A stretch of 64,000 nucleotides of DNA from Octopus vulgaris (taxonomy: Eukaryota): NCBI GenBank assembly GCA_951406725.2, contig OX597815.1:103974001-104038000 (forward strand), given 5' to 3'. The first letter of the stretch is position 1. Every line of letters begins with the position of its first letter. The notes beneath the pieces are model-generated. The model was not told where the DNA came from. It made no database searches and was given only the letters and a program-made list of their open reading frames with translations. The translations under genes and the position numbers were made by a program. Positions 27,761 to 41,489 of the stretch are shown in pieces.

Positions 27761-28332
27761 TAAGCTTTTCTCGACCCGACAAAGCATAACAAAACTCGCA
27801 CCTCCGAGCAGCAGACTCTCCAGGGGCTGGGGGTCCCCTTGGGTGGTTTCTCCTCCGGGGGTCTCACCTCCCACGGCCACCACTTCAGCACCAGCCACAG
27901 GTTGGCACCTTCCCTCTGCGGCTTGGGTAACACCTCCGCCAACGCCGCCAGGCTTCCTACTAGCCGCCCACAATAGGCGCACCATCCGAGGAATTTCCTC
28001 AAATCCCTCACACAAGAAGGGTCCGGCCAATCCTTCACAGTGGCCACCTTCCTCAGGGCTCTATAGCCCACGTAGCATCTTGCTGTACCATCTCCATTCC
28101 GCGCAATCATCGCCGACGACCAGGGACCATTCCGCTTTTCCACTGTTCCCCGTCGCCGATATCTCCTCTTGCGCTGCTGTACTGAGACCTTCCTCCGGCC
28201 TCGCTGCTTCCTCAAGCGACAACCGCCCTGGTCGACGAAACGTTCTGCCAGGTCCGTGCGACCAGCATCCAACAACCCTCGCGACCAACGTCCTGCGCTC
28301 TTCACCAACGGTTGCTTCTTCCGCAACTGCAT
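27760..28332 (-). pseudogene. Gypsy pol remnant (RT thumb/connection region)
   Basis: RKVATVKDWPDPSCVRDLRKFLGWCAYCGRLVGSLAALA resembles the Gypsy consensus K..AV..WP.P....LR.FLGL..YYRRFV..FA.IA. Confidence 0.75.
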
Positions 28333-28347
28333 CAGCGGACCACGATC

Positions 28348-29715
28348 TCACTTAACTTCATCACTGCACCGGCAGAACTGACCCCGCCGCTGGTTTACCG
28401 TCCGGCGCAGTTCCACGATTTGCCCTCTGCAAATCGCCTGCGCAGCCTTCAATAACTCGGCCGACCCAACCAGCACTCTGTCAGACTCTGCCTCCACCAG
28501 GGTCCAGCCGACCCTCAACTGAGTTCTTACTCCGCACTGCATGTCGGGCTCCACCGGCCCCACGCAACCATCAAATACAGAGCTCCCCCAAGTGCCAACA
28601 AAGCACCAGCGACTCCTTGCGGACCGCTTCCTCAACTGCATCCGTGGGCCACCACCTCCTTCAACTGCGTTGCCGTATCGGCAGAGCTGGCCCCACCACT
28701 GGTTCGCCATCTGGCACGATTCCTCGATTTGCCTTCTGCAAATCGCCTGTGCCACTTCCAAAAGATCGGCCGACCCAGCCAGCGCTCCACCAGCTTCTGC
28801 TTCCACTAGGGTCCACCCGACCCTCAATCGAGCTTTCACTAGGCACTGCCTGTCGGGCTCCACCGGCCCCAAGCAACCATCAACCACAAAGCTCACCCAA
28901 CGCTGAAGCAGTCTTCCTGGACTCGGTGGACCCACCACCGTTCGCAGCCGTCTCGCCTCGTCAACGGGCCTGGTCCTTTTCCTCACCAGCCTCCGTACCG
29001 CAGGCCTCACAACACGCACGCTCGGCCGCCAGTCCATCCACGCCTGTGGCCTCTCCACAGTGAGAACCATACAGTCCCTCTGGGCCCCAAGAGACAGGAG
29101 TCCAGACACCAAAGGACCCGCACACGGCACAACACCTGGCGCGCCCATCACACACAGAGCCGGAACCTCGGATTCAGCGACATCCACCCCAGACCTCGCC
29201 AGCTCTTCGTCCCGAGCTCCGAGAGACAGGGATCGAGATGCCAAGGGCTCCAGACACGGAACAACAGCATCAGCCATAACACCTTCCACAGGCCTTTTGG
29301 TTACTTCAACCTCTACGGGTTCCAAATCACAAGATTTCTTGGGTACAGCGTCACAAATTTCGGCAACCAGCCCAGGTTCCGCAAACACAGCCGGTCCAGC
29401 ATCACAGATTTCGGCAACACTTCCTTCACTATCTGTTTCCCTTGATGCTTCGTTCGACGGGCAATCTCTGCCCACAGGACCGTCGCTATCCTCGGTCCAA
29501 CACCGATCCTTCAAAGCTGACCCATCCGCAACCTCAAGCTCCCGCTGATCTGCCCACAGGCCCTGCCGCCTCTTGTCCATCCTTTCCATGAACGCGTCCG
29601 TCTGCGCCATCTGGCCCCTTAACATCTCCACAATCAGGGCAAGCGAAATCTCCTCGTCTCCGGTCTGACAACCAGACAAATCCATAGCGAAAAAGAACCG
29701 ATCGAAACGCAGCAA
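28348..29715 (-). CDS. Open 455-aa ORF of the LTR element (gag-position N-terminus plus an in-frame 103-aa duplication); function unknown
   Basis: Starts just downstream of the PBS and has a coiled-coil-like N-terminus. DGC(L/V)GPVEPD..C.V...LRVGWTLVEAE....GSA.LL..AQAICR.QI occurs twice (nucleotide period 309). Confidence 0.5.
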   Translation of the reverse strand: MLRFDRFFFAMDLSGCQTGDEEISLALIVEMLRGQMAQTDAFMERMDKRRQGLWADQRELEVADGSALKDRCWTEDSDGPVGRDCPSNEASRETDSEGSVAEICDAGPAVFAEPGLVAEICDAVPKKSCDLEPVEVEVTKRPVEGVMADAVVPCLEPLASRSLSLGARDEELARSGVDVAESEVPALCVMGAPGVVPCAGPLVSGLLSLGAQRDCMVLTVERPQAWMDWRPSVRVVRPAVRRLVRKRTRPVDEARRLRTVVGPPSPGRLLQRWVSFVVDGCLGPVEPDRQCLVKARLRVGWTLVEAEAGGALAGSADLLEVAQAICRRQIEESCQMANQWWGQLCRYGNAVEGGGGPRMQLRKRSARSRWCFVGTWGSSVFDGCVGPVEPDMQCGVRTQLRVGWTLVEAESDRVLVGSAELLKAAQAICRGQIVELRRTVNQRRGQFCRCSDEVK

Positions 29716-29723
29716 TCAGGACA

Positions 29724-29741
29724 ATCCCACTTCTGACACCA
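29724..29741 (-). promoter_or_regulatory. Primer-binding site complementary to the tRNA-Leu 3' end
   Basis: Minus-strand tggtgtcagaagtgggat lies 2 nt from the LTR terminus. Plus-strand atcccacttctgacacca matches the eukaryotic tRNA-Leu 3' end plus CCA. Confidence 0.88.
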
Positions 29742-30480
29742 GTTGTTACGGAACGGACTGGAATCGCCCGTCGTCGCCCGTCCCGAACGGCTCACACAAG
29801 TCCCGCTACGGAACCCAAAGAGGCGGAGAGAGGAGATACAGATAGATACATACACACACACAGACATGCACACATAAGGAGACAGAGGTACATACATATA
29901 CAAACACACGCTCACACACACATACATAGAAAATACACAAACACGGATATGCAAGCACATGAATATGCAGAAAACATACTTGCAGATGCACACACATACA
30001 TACATATATGCATATGCATGCACACATATATACATATATACATACATACATACATACATACATACATACATACATACATACGCATACATACATACGTAGA
30101 AGCATGCATGCATAGGCACATGCACACACATACATACATATATGCATATGCATACACACATATATACATATATACATACATACATACATACATACATACA
30201 TACGCATACATACATACGTAGAAGCATGCATGCATAGGCACATGCACACACACTGATCCACACGCATGCGCACAAACAAACAAAAAGGAACGCAGTGTAA
30301 ATAACGGACAGAGTCAAGGCTATTGAAAAGGTTGCAAGACACAACGAAAATTCTAGGAAAATAAAAATAAGAAATAAGTGTAAATTTTACCGACCGGTGA
30401 GCATGTTAAATTATAAGGCACAAAAAGAAAATGACTACCCAGGCATAACAGAATGTGCTTCAGCACACGAACTCATACAG

Positions 30481-31146
30481 ATTTTTATTAATATGTCACA
30501 TGTTTTTATAGATCATATATTAGCGCTTGCATTTACTCTAGTAGACTCCAGATTTGAATGTGTTTGTGATGATTCCTCTCTTTTTATAGTATTATTGAGT
30601 GTGTAGGGGTGGGGAGAGATATAGGATAGTAAAAGAGGATGAGGAATGGGAAGAAAGTGTGTGTGTGTATATGTGTGTGTGTGTTTGTGTTTGTGTGTGT
30701 GTGTGCGTGCGCGCGTGTGTGTGTGTGTGTGTGCGTGTCTGTGTATCTGAAAGAGGTGTCAATGGAAAAGAGATGGAAAGAAAGAAGGAAGAGAGAAAGT
30801 AGAAAAAAAATTTGTTTACATATTTACAGCTGGTCAGTTCTTTCAATAGAAAGTGATGAGTTGATTCTTGGCCTTTGAAAATAGTAAAACGTTTATCAAG
30901 ACCCCCTCAGAGTAGCCACCTGGTTTAACCATTTTTAAAGGCCAAGAATCAACTCATCGCTTTCTGTTGAAAGAACTGACCAGCTGTAAAGATGTAAACA
31001 AAATTTGTTCTTCTTTGTCTCTTCCTTCTTTCTTTCCTTCTCTTTTCCATTGACACTTCTTTCAGATACACAGGCACAGAAACATTCACTCACGTATACA
31101 CACACAAAAATACATACACACACACACAAACACACACACACACACA

Positions 31147-31187
<41 letters not shown>

Positions 31188-31367
31188 TTTTTCCCCATTC
31201 TTCACCCTCTTTTACTATCCTATATATCTCCCCACCCCATACACGCTCAATAATACTATAAAAGAGAGAAATCATCTCAAACACATTCAAATCTGAAGAT
31301 TCTACTAGAGTAGTTGCAAGCGCTGTTATATATGATTTAGAAATACATGTGACATATCAATAAAAAG
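30481..31367. mobile_element. Foldback/MITE-like long imperfect inverted repeat (~400-bp arms, ~48-bp spacer)
   Basis: 30481-30882 and 30931-31367 are reverse complements (e.g. gatgagttgattcttggccttt / aaaggccaagaatcaactcatc; atatgtcacatgt / acatgtgacatat). The two arms give near-identical pseudo-ORFs (30599+ and 30935-). Confidence 0.8.
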
Positions 31368-31939
31368 CTATAAATATAAAACCATCCAGATTTCTGAGTA
31401 CCTTATTTCTTGTAATATAAATATATATATATATGTATCTATGTGTGTATATATGTATAGATATATGTGTGGGGGTGGGTGTATATACATATATACATAA
31501 TATATGCGTGCATAAATAGTTATGTACAGAAAAGAGAGTGAGAGAGATAGCGAGGGAAGATACAGATCACAAGATATAAGCTAAAGAATTATTCCCAGTC
31601 ATATTCACCGTCGGCTATATGGATTGTGTTGCAATTTATCCAGTCATTGAAATATGACTATTCAGGTATTTTGGTTTGCTAGCTATACAATCAGTTGTAT
31701 ATATATATTTAACATGTGCATGTACAATATGTGTGTGCGTGTGTGTGTGTGTGTGTATGTGTGTGTGTGTGTGTGTGCGTCTGTGAATTTGCTTATGTGT
31801 ATTTATGTCTTTATATACGTTACATGTATAAGTATGTGTGCGTATGTATGCGTTGCGTGCTTCTCTAGCTGTATGTATATATAAACTTATATAGATATAT
31901 GTGTATATATATATATATATATATACATATATATATTTA

Positions 31940-31980
<41 letters not shown>

Positions 31981-34369
31981 GCACATATTTATATATGTGT
32001 GCGTATGCGCATACGTCAAAAGCACGATAAAGGATGGAGAATTACACATTTTTAATTAACATGTTACAACGTATAAATCATCTTGCATATATGTATGTGC
32101 ATTTATATATACATATATATCTTTGTGAGCATACGTATGTACTGCATATATAACAAATGTGAAACGTAACTTAACTGACTAAATTCATATACAAGCTGTA
32201 TCTAATAAATAAATGTCAAGTTGATTGTTTATATCACCTGATACAAGAAACAGTAAAACAACGGATTTTGTTCAACATACAGTAATTTCCTTTCTGTCTT
32301 GACACCTTTTACTTGTTTCCCTTTTCTCCCCCCAGCCTCTAACTACCAGCTCCTAATTCCCTTTCCTTCATATTCATCAGTTTTCTTTTACGCCGCTAAG
32401 GAAATAATAAGAAAAATAGACTAATGAAAAACAGAACGTCGTTGGAAAATGTCACCACATAGGCAATAAGTGTCATTTTATGTAGAGGTTTTGTTTTTGT
32501 TCGTTATTAGTAATTTTTACCCATTGCTTCTAGAAAACAACAATTAGATAACTGCACGTGAGAAGGGACGGTAGAGGCTGTTGATGCTATAATTGTGTCT
32601 CTAGTGAGTAGGCATAGTTTAAACGACTATGACATATCATGCCACATGCTTAATGAATTAATTTCAGAGAACTCTTCTTTTGTAGACAGTAGGAAATGCA
32701 TTAGCTTAAGCAAAATAAAAGCTAGCGTCTTTAACAATATCTTCTCCACACATTCATTTCACTCGGCCCAAACTATGAACAACAAAACAGCATATCTGAA
32801 GCTATTATAAATCATTTTTTTTTCTGACACGTCGTTTTAAATCCCTTTTTTTTTTTTGCTGACTTTTTGCTTTCTTTTATTTTAATTTGTTTATTGCAAT
32901 ATTTTATTACCTTTTTTTTTAATAATATTAGTTTTATAATAACCTAACCGTTTTACATGATTATGAAATTATTTATCGAACTTGGGTGACACTTTATTTG
33001 TACAGAACATAATATCATATTAGAATAGGTTCAGCAAATATAGAAATACATTTTCTCGTATTTTATTGCTTTGTTCAAGCATTTTTGATCATGTATTTCT
33101 AATAAAATGCATTAAACGAATGGAATTGGGTAGCATAAGGAACCTACACACATTGTCACTTTCTATCATTCTTGATTGTGTATATTTACTTATTAAAATT
33201 CTAATTATTTGATATAAATATACAATGAAGCTTATGTGCATACATGCAGGTATGTATGTAACTAACTGTATTACATGTACAAATACTCAAGCGTGCATAC
33301 ACACAAACATTCAAACACATACACAGACACATGTACACACATACCTGCACAACAAACTCATATACACACACACACTCACACACACACGCATACGCATGTT
33401 GTCTTTAAAGAAGAACAAAAAAAAGTAAATGATATTTCTTCGTAACTATAAATTTCGTGAATGTTAGATGAACCAAACGGACATACTGTTCAATAATGAC
33501 CAACATCTCTTAATCTAAGACGGCGTCGCGTGATTTATTGATTAACACGAACCACGTTACTCACAGGCGCAGAAAGATAGTCCTAAAAAGAATATATTTT
33601 TTAAAGAGGAAACTGTTTGACTTGATTTGATAGCAAAATTCGTTATTTAACTTAAAATTTAATTTGGTTGTCTATATTTGGTTTTGTGGTACATCATGTA
33701 TCACATGGAGTACATAAGAACATGTCTTTCTTAAGGATGATTTCTTTAACTTGTTAGTAGGATTTAACATTTAACTTAAATATCATTTTCTGGCGTTCTG
33801 CCTAAATTAGAAATAACTGAATCATTAAAGGATATAAAAACATTTGAATTCAACAAACTGCAAAAAAATTCCAGTAAGTTAACCTCTCTGCATCCTACCT
33901 ATTTTAAAAGTCGACTACATCTTGCAGTGAGTATGTACCTAAATAAAGACAGAGGAGAGATACATTCCTTTTTAGATGATCTCTTGATCAGATGCCAGGT
34001 CAATGTTCTTAGAGGACGGAATAATCGATTCAACAGGAATACAGGAATACAAGTGAGCCTCTATTTGATCATACAATCTGTTACAAATTTCAACTATATC
34101 TCCATTAAATCATACTTTGCCGTCTTAAAAAAAAAACAGAAAATACGTCTTAAATAATGTAATTCTAGATATACTATGAAAAAGAAAAGTACCGCTACGT
34201 TTTCGATCTACCTTCTCTATTACAGCCACCAAGTGTACCTCAAACCAAACCCTAACCCATTATGAAATTAAAAATTAGTAAGAAACAATTCTAGATAAAA
34301 TGTGTCAAAATTTAGAAGCAACGGTCAAAGATGGATCTCTTTTGATCCGAGATCCTCCTGGTCAGGATT

Positions 34370-34580
34370 AATCTTGAACTTTATACGCAGATCCCTCCAC
34401 ATTCATATTCTTCCACAATTCTCTAGAAACTGCAACACAACTACTCTAGTCCAACATAAATTACATACAATACATAGAAACCTATTATCTCCGCTTTATA
34501 CCTAATCCACTGTGTCATCTCGTAAAAGCGACAGCAGCGAATACCAAATTAAGCCAGCCATCACACTCTAGAATATAACC
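34370..34580 (+). mobile_element. Highly decayed CR1/L2-type LINE RT-thumb remnant
   Basis: ILNFIRRSLH...LVQHKL resembles the LNFIRRNL...LVRP.LEY motif. Confidence 0.35.
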
Positions 34581-35283
34581 ATACAGTACACAGAGTGAAT
34601 AAAAATACAACGAGTTACATATATCCCGTAGCATTCACAACACACATAAAATACAGTAAACAAAGTAAAACAATGCACAAACATACTCAGAGCAATCACA
34701 ATATATTATATTAAATAAAAACAAAATGGACAGCATCAAATGTTTACATACATGAGCTCCATCATGGACTATGTCACTTCTACAAGCCCCAGTTTGACAG
34801 TTCAACCTACAATGAATTACAATAAACTAAGAAAGTATATAAACGGCGCACTTCACATCGTAGCACACTGTACAAAAATTGCACCCTTAGGCACCAGAGT
34901 CAGCAAAACAAGAATACTAAAAATGAACAGTCACACACACACACACACACATACATAGATATAATGTTCCAAAAATTTAACAGAAACACAAGAAACGGAA
35001 AATTCACATACAAGACGTAATAATGTATTATCAATCCGGGCAAAGTAATTCTCATACTTTCTCTTAATACATATACACCAGGCTGGCAAAATATTTTCTG
35101 ATTAGTGTACCCAAAGATAAACCCCATCAACAGTCAACTTTGTAAATCCATGGTTACATTCCCCGGTTAATATGTTATTTTTTACAGTGATATACAAAGA
35201 AATGACTTTAATGATTGGCTTAACGTATTTACGATGCACAAATAAAAAAAATATATGAAGTCCATAATTTATGCCTTTTCTTT

Positions 35284-35378
<95 letters not shown>
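35284..35378. repeat. (TAGA)n microsatellite
   Basis: Directly visible. Confidence 0.95.
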
Positions 35379-35379
<1 letters not shown>

Positions 35380-37127
35380 CATTGTCACATTTTATTGATC
35401 TCAAAACGTAGTGGAAAGGTGGATCAATCTAACAGCAATGAATATTGCTAAATATAATAAGGTATTCGGCGCTTACCGATTCACCAAGAGCAGTGGAATC
35501 GAACTCGGCATCAAGGCATTACGGATTAAATTATTTAATTTAAAAATCAAATCTGTACATATAATTAATAAAAAAAAATAGAATTATAAAAATGCGCATT
35601 ATGCAAAATATAAATATACTCACAACCATATAAGTATATAAACCTGTACACGCTTAAATATATATATATATATACGTGAAAATGTAAAAACGTTTATCGT
35701 TATCTTTAAAATAAGCTGAATTTCATTTAGCTGAATTCAAACTTCATTTGGGATTATGAAGATAAATATTTAAACTGTGAAAAAATATGCTAAAGGTTAC
35801 CAGAAAATACAATGTATGCTCACGAAAATGAAGCAGAAACTTAAAAAGTTATTTTCAAGGATTTATAAATGATTGCAGAAGTGGCGTTCGGTATTGCTAT
35901 ATTTCTGTTTAAGAAGGATGGAACATATATTTGGTACGTGACTTAAGGTGCCTGGCTGAAGACATTTCCGACAGTCAGAAGGAAGTAGTATAGTGTAATT
36001 ATTAAGAGGATTTAAACGAGCGAGCATCAATTACATTAATAGATCATGTAATTAAGTATGACTATGTATTAAATGGACAATTTGCACCACTGATAGTCAG
36101 CAATTTGTCATGATAGGCGTATTTATTTCAATGCTAAAAATAAATATCAGTTTCTTGGTGCCGTTTGCTTATAGTGATAGAGATTGCATGAGATATAGGT
36201 GGAGCGAGGAGCTCACTGTGTAGAAGTAAAGTTGTTGAAAGATACTTGTCCTATTAAGAACTCTGGTAATCTTCGCTATCAGTGATAGATGTCGACGAGG
36301 TCTTTAATAATTGAAAAAAATCGTAATTAGATAGAAACTATTTACTTGTTTACAAGACTAAAGATTGAAAACATTGGGGAGGATGGCGTATTCTATTGCT
36401 AACGAAGTGAGAATTGATTTCAGAGCAATGATTAATATGGCCGTTTATAAGCGATTTCTCACATTGGCCACGGGCCAATGTCTAGAGAAGCTATAGTTTC
36501 ACTTAAGATCCACTCAAGGTATATAACTTGAAAGTCAAGCCACCGTTATCGGAGGATAAATAGTACAGTCAATACGGGGGCGTCAACATGGTTACTTTAT
36601 TTGCTAGAAATGATAGACAAATCTCCCTCAAACAGTATCATGGAAAAATTAAGGACATTCTGAACAATCTAGTCCTACTGATTCACTTTTCTATTTACTT
36701 GGTCAAAGGCGGAATGCAACACTCGAATCTGTTTTTAGGGCCACCGAGACTGTGTATAAATGAAAAGAGACAGAGGTGACTGAAAGAAATAGTATTAAAG
36801 ACAGCCGGCTCTAAACCCTTGATGTGTTCTTGTTGCCGGACTTTTACTACAGCTCTGCTTATTACTGTACTGCGACATTAAAATGCATTTCTGAAACTAA
36901 ATAAGAACTATTTGATAAAAATGCCAAAACCATAGAATTATTCGTTTGGGTAATCTAAGAAAGAAAGACTAGCAAAAATGGATAGACAGAGAAAGATAGA
37001 CCGACAGACAGACAGGTAAATGAAAAGAGAAAGAGAGAAACAATCAGACAGACAGACAGAGACAGAGAGGTACAATACAAACAAGTAGACAGACAGACAG
37101 GCAAGCAGACAGACAGACAGACAGACA

Positions 37128-37258
<131 letters not shown>

Positions 37259-38798
37259 GAGTAGGTAGATAGGTAGGCAAGTAAGAAGGCAGAAGTCATA
37301 TATCAATTTTAAACTTAAGTGTGACATATATAGCTATAAACTTGTATGCTGAATCTTGTTCAACATAATGTCACTTCGTTGATTGCATAAGAAATAGCGA
37401 GCGTGAAAAATGTCAAGTCATATAATTGTAGCGCAACCTCGTATAATAGAAGGTAAACATGAAGATTTACTTAAAATGATGAGAACAAACACGATATTCC
37501 ACATCGTTTGATAAAGTCTGTTTGTAACAAACATGGAACTTTACAGTTAACAAACACAATTACATGATTCGATGTTATAAAGTGTCAAAGGTTGTTTCTA
37601 TATCAATGAAGTAAAATTTTAATGGTTAATGAACATATTTCTGTGAAGTTTTATATGTAGGTTAGTTGCATTTTATAAAGGTAACAAACGTCTATAAAGA
37701 AAGGCAGTGATGGATGTATGTATAAATTCTTGAAATAGATAATTGTGAAACTTACATATACACACCAGCCAATCAGTTAAATTCAATGTAATCGCTCGAA
37801 TAACCCAATTTTATCTCTTTCAAATTACATACTACTTTCTTAATTGTAAATAAATTTTTTATCATTTTTTTTAAATTACGGAGGACAATAGATACCCTGA
37901 TGTGAAAAACTTGCGGAATGATGACCGCTATAATGCATCCGATCAATGATTTTCAGGTTCTTGGATCACCTGGGGTTACACAATATTGTTTTTTCAAATA
38001 GATACATGAATTCATATTTTGAGTGATGGTCATAGTTGATTATATCGACTCCAATGCTTGATTCAGATTTTATTAATTGAGCCCGAAATGACAATAGGCC
38101 GGATGTTATTTCCAAACGTAATACCGTTGTAACGAAGCTCTCAAGATATTTTGTCCAATACTTTGCTGAATTCGTTGTTCTACTGTCCTGTATTTACAAC
38201 GAAAAACAACGCACATTCCCTAATGCAATAAACGTTTCTCTTAACTATGAGCGAATGCGGGAACATCTGCATACTCGCTCGACACACGAAAAGACGCAGG
38301 ATTAGTATCTTATAATACGATAAACTCTAGCTCCTGGAACAACTTAGTTATAGATGTACTCAATCAGGTATGACTTAGAACTAAACTATTAGGTCACAAG
38401 CAATGAAAAAAACAAACGCTTCATAATCGTTTAATCTACAAGAAAAAACAGCTAAACCTGCTTTAAATTATAGTTTTAACATCTTAACAAAGGAAGGAGA
38501 CAGCTGCACTGGCGCCAAAGCAGTGGTTTAATAAAATTAAGAGGTCTCAGCGTAGATCATGTGAACGAGGGATGAAGACAAAATGAGACGAGTTGATCGT
38601 TCAGTAACTTAAATTATTTCAACCAATTTCGGTAGTTAACCGGTTATTATTCATAATTAATGCTAAACAGAGTTTTGAATCACCTCTACAATAATGTACT
38701 GAATACAAACACACACACGTAATATTATACTATAATATATTTATAACATATACTGTGCATATATATATATATATTGCATATCGTATATATCATATTTT

Positions 38799-38868
<70 letters not shown>

Positions 38869-39187
38869 ATATGTATGTTAGTGTGTGTGTGTGTGAGCAA
38901 ATTTATATACTCAAATACATAAATACATGCATGCATTTATATACCTCTCTATTGATCAATCTATAGAGACAGAATTTCTGAAAGGTCTTAGATATGTAAC
39001 AAAGTACTTGATTGATTCCTTAATTTATTGTCTGCTACGATACCAAAATACTTCCATTAAAGGATAATTGAATCAAAGATTATAACATTTTATTTACGTT
39101 TTATTGCTAAATATTAAAACTGACATAAGCCCGCACACACTTGCACACACGCACATTTATATGCACGCGTGTGTGTGTATGTATATG

Positions 39188-39223
<36 letters not shown>

Positions 39224-39274
39224 CATATATATATGTATGTGCATATATGTATATATATATATATATATATATAC

Positions 39275-39306
<32 letters not shown>

Positions 39307-39424
39307 ATACATATATATTTATATGCGTATGTATATACATATATATATGTATACATATATATTTATATAAATATATATACATACATATATATATATATAC
39401 ATATATATATATACATATATATGA

Positions 39425-39461
<37 letters not shown>

Positions 39462-40340
39462 CAGATGACATACTTTCTCTATGGGTAATCACATTATGTT
39501 CGGAAGGAAATTGTTTGCCTAGTTAATGTCGCTGTATGCCATGAGTTCAAATGAACAAGATTCATATCATGTAGAATTAAATTATCCAATATGTGAGGCT
39601 TGAGTGACATCTAGGTCCTATTTCTAGCGAATCACTTGTTATTTATATCGTATCTAAAACAAACCAAACACTCTCCAAAACTCTCTAGAATTTCCTTTCT
39701 TGTCATGCATAGACTTGAAACTGTCGAAGAGGATATTAACTGTATCGATCTCAGCGGTCACAGAATGTCTGCAATGTCCATGAGCATAACTCCTTTGTAA
39801 CTAAACAAATTTTCTAAACACCGTTCGGGCAACAAAATAGAGATGGTATCTTTGGGAGGAATATCAAGAACAACAAAAGAAATCACGTTCAGTCCTTTCA
39901 TTGCCACAAATAATCAACATTTATAAACTAGTGTAAGATAAATTCAATCAATTTGACGTCTCTGCAGTAAATATGAGGTCTTGTGTCAAACTTAGAAATC
40001 GTTAATGATTATTGTAAATATTATTGCTTGTTTAGAATTCTTGAACCATGGTTCAATACTGCCAGAAGGTACCGAATCACGTGCAAATTTAATATCATTG
40101 TCTGACTTGCTTTGTAGTTCAGATTTAATCATTGAAATCAACCACCATATATGTGCACGTGCGAGTGTGTATCTGCGTGATATATATATATGTATGTGTG
40201 TGTATGTGTGTGTGTGTGTGTGTATGCATACATATATATATAATTATATATATATATACGCACTCGCATCTATACATATATACATTTATACGCACACGCA
40301 TCTATACATATATATGTGTGTGTGTGTGTATCTATATGTC

Positions 40341-40378
<38 letters not shown>

Positions 40379-41043
40379 ATACATGTGTATGATTGTGCAA
40401 ACCCACAGTCTGTTTTCTGCAGCTGTACACACGCATGCATATATAATTTCGCTTATGAGTTTTCATAGAAACACGTCTATACACATAAAAATACCGTTTT
40501 TGTGTTTTGTATAATTACATAACCGAAGACAATTAATAAAAATTGTGATTGTAATTTTTAAAAAGCAGTAAAAGCCTTAAAAAGAACATTAGATAGAAGT
40601 TCAAAGTTATTAGATTTTAATGGATGCTAAATATGAGTTTGAAGCCATTAGTATTTGTTAAATACCCATAGATTAAATTCGTTGGAAAAATATCGAAAGG
40701 AGAACGTTTGGATATGTACGTCAAATTCAGATATTTACAAATAAACAGTTTTAAACATAACATATTTTATACACGCAAAATGTTGAATCACGCAAAAGCT
40801 ATAAAAGCTTTAATAGTATCTAGAGAATATTGCTGAGAGAAGACATCATTTGAAATTACGAAATGAAATGAAATGTCAATCAAATATCCGACAATCAAAT
40901 GTTCAACATTTTTTATTGTGAAATTTTGAGGCTACGTGGAATAAAGTGTATATATATGAATATATTATCATACATGCATACATACAGCTATATATGTATA
41001 TGTGTGCATGCGTTTATTTGCGTGTGTGTGTGTGTGTATGTAA

Positions 41044-41126
41044 GTGTGTGCGTGCAAACCAATGCCTGTCTCTTCGAAGTCGAATCATATATGTATGTGT
41101 GCGTATGAGTGTGTATGTACGTATGC

Positions 41127-41171
<45 letters not shown>

Positions 41172-41280
41172 TGCCTTTATATATTCATATGTGAGTGTGT
41201 GCGTGCAAACTAATGCCTGTCTCTTCGAAGTCAAATCATATATGTATGTGTGCGTATGAGTGTGTATGTACGTATGTATG

Positions 41281-41318
<38 letters not shown>

Positions 41319-41340
41319 TGGCTTTATATATTCATATGTG
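41044..41340. repeat. ~151-bp tandem duplication spanning microsatellite and unique sequence
   Basis: gtgtgtgcgtgcaaac.aatgcctgtctcttcgaagtc.aatcatatatgtatg occurs at 41044 and 41195. Confidence 0.85.
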
Positions 41341-41387
41341 TATACACGTACACATACATATACACATAAACATACATGTACATATAC

Positions 41388-41422
<35 letters not shown>

Positions 41423-41489
41423 TGTACGTATATGTATATAAAACTTCGATAGCACCACCTGATGATATATACATACATAACTTAATAGC

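Larger units (their letters stand above)
26514..30345 (-). mobile_element. Non-autonomous Gypsy/Ty3-type LTR retrotransposon
   Basis: 3' LTR 26514-27748 with TG..CA termini (tgttacg/cgtaaca), PPT, tRNA-Leu PBS next to a second tgttacg terminus at 29744, and a GC-rich internal region with a pol remnant (KVATVKDWPDPSCVRDLRKFLGWCAYCGRLV). The right boundary is approximate. Confidence 0.85.

Noticed and set aside
27843-29548. Plus-strand ORFs over the LTR internal region
   Set aside because: Antisense shadows of GC-rich Gypsy sequence; the PBS and PPT show the element is on the minus strand.
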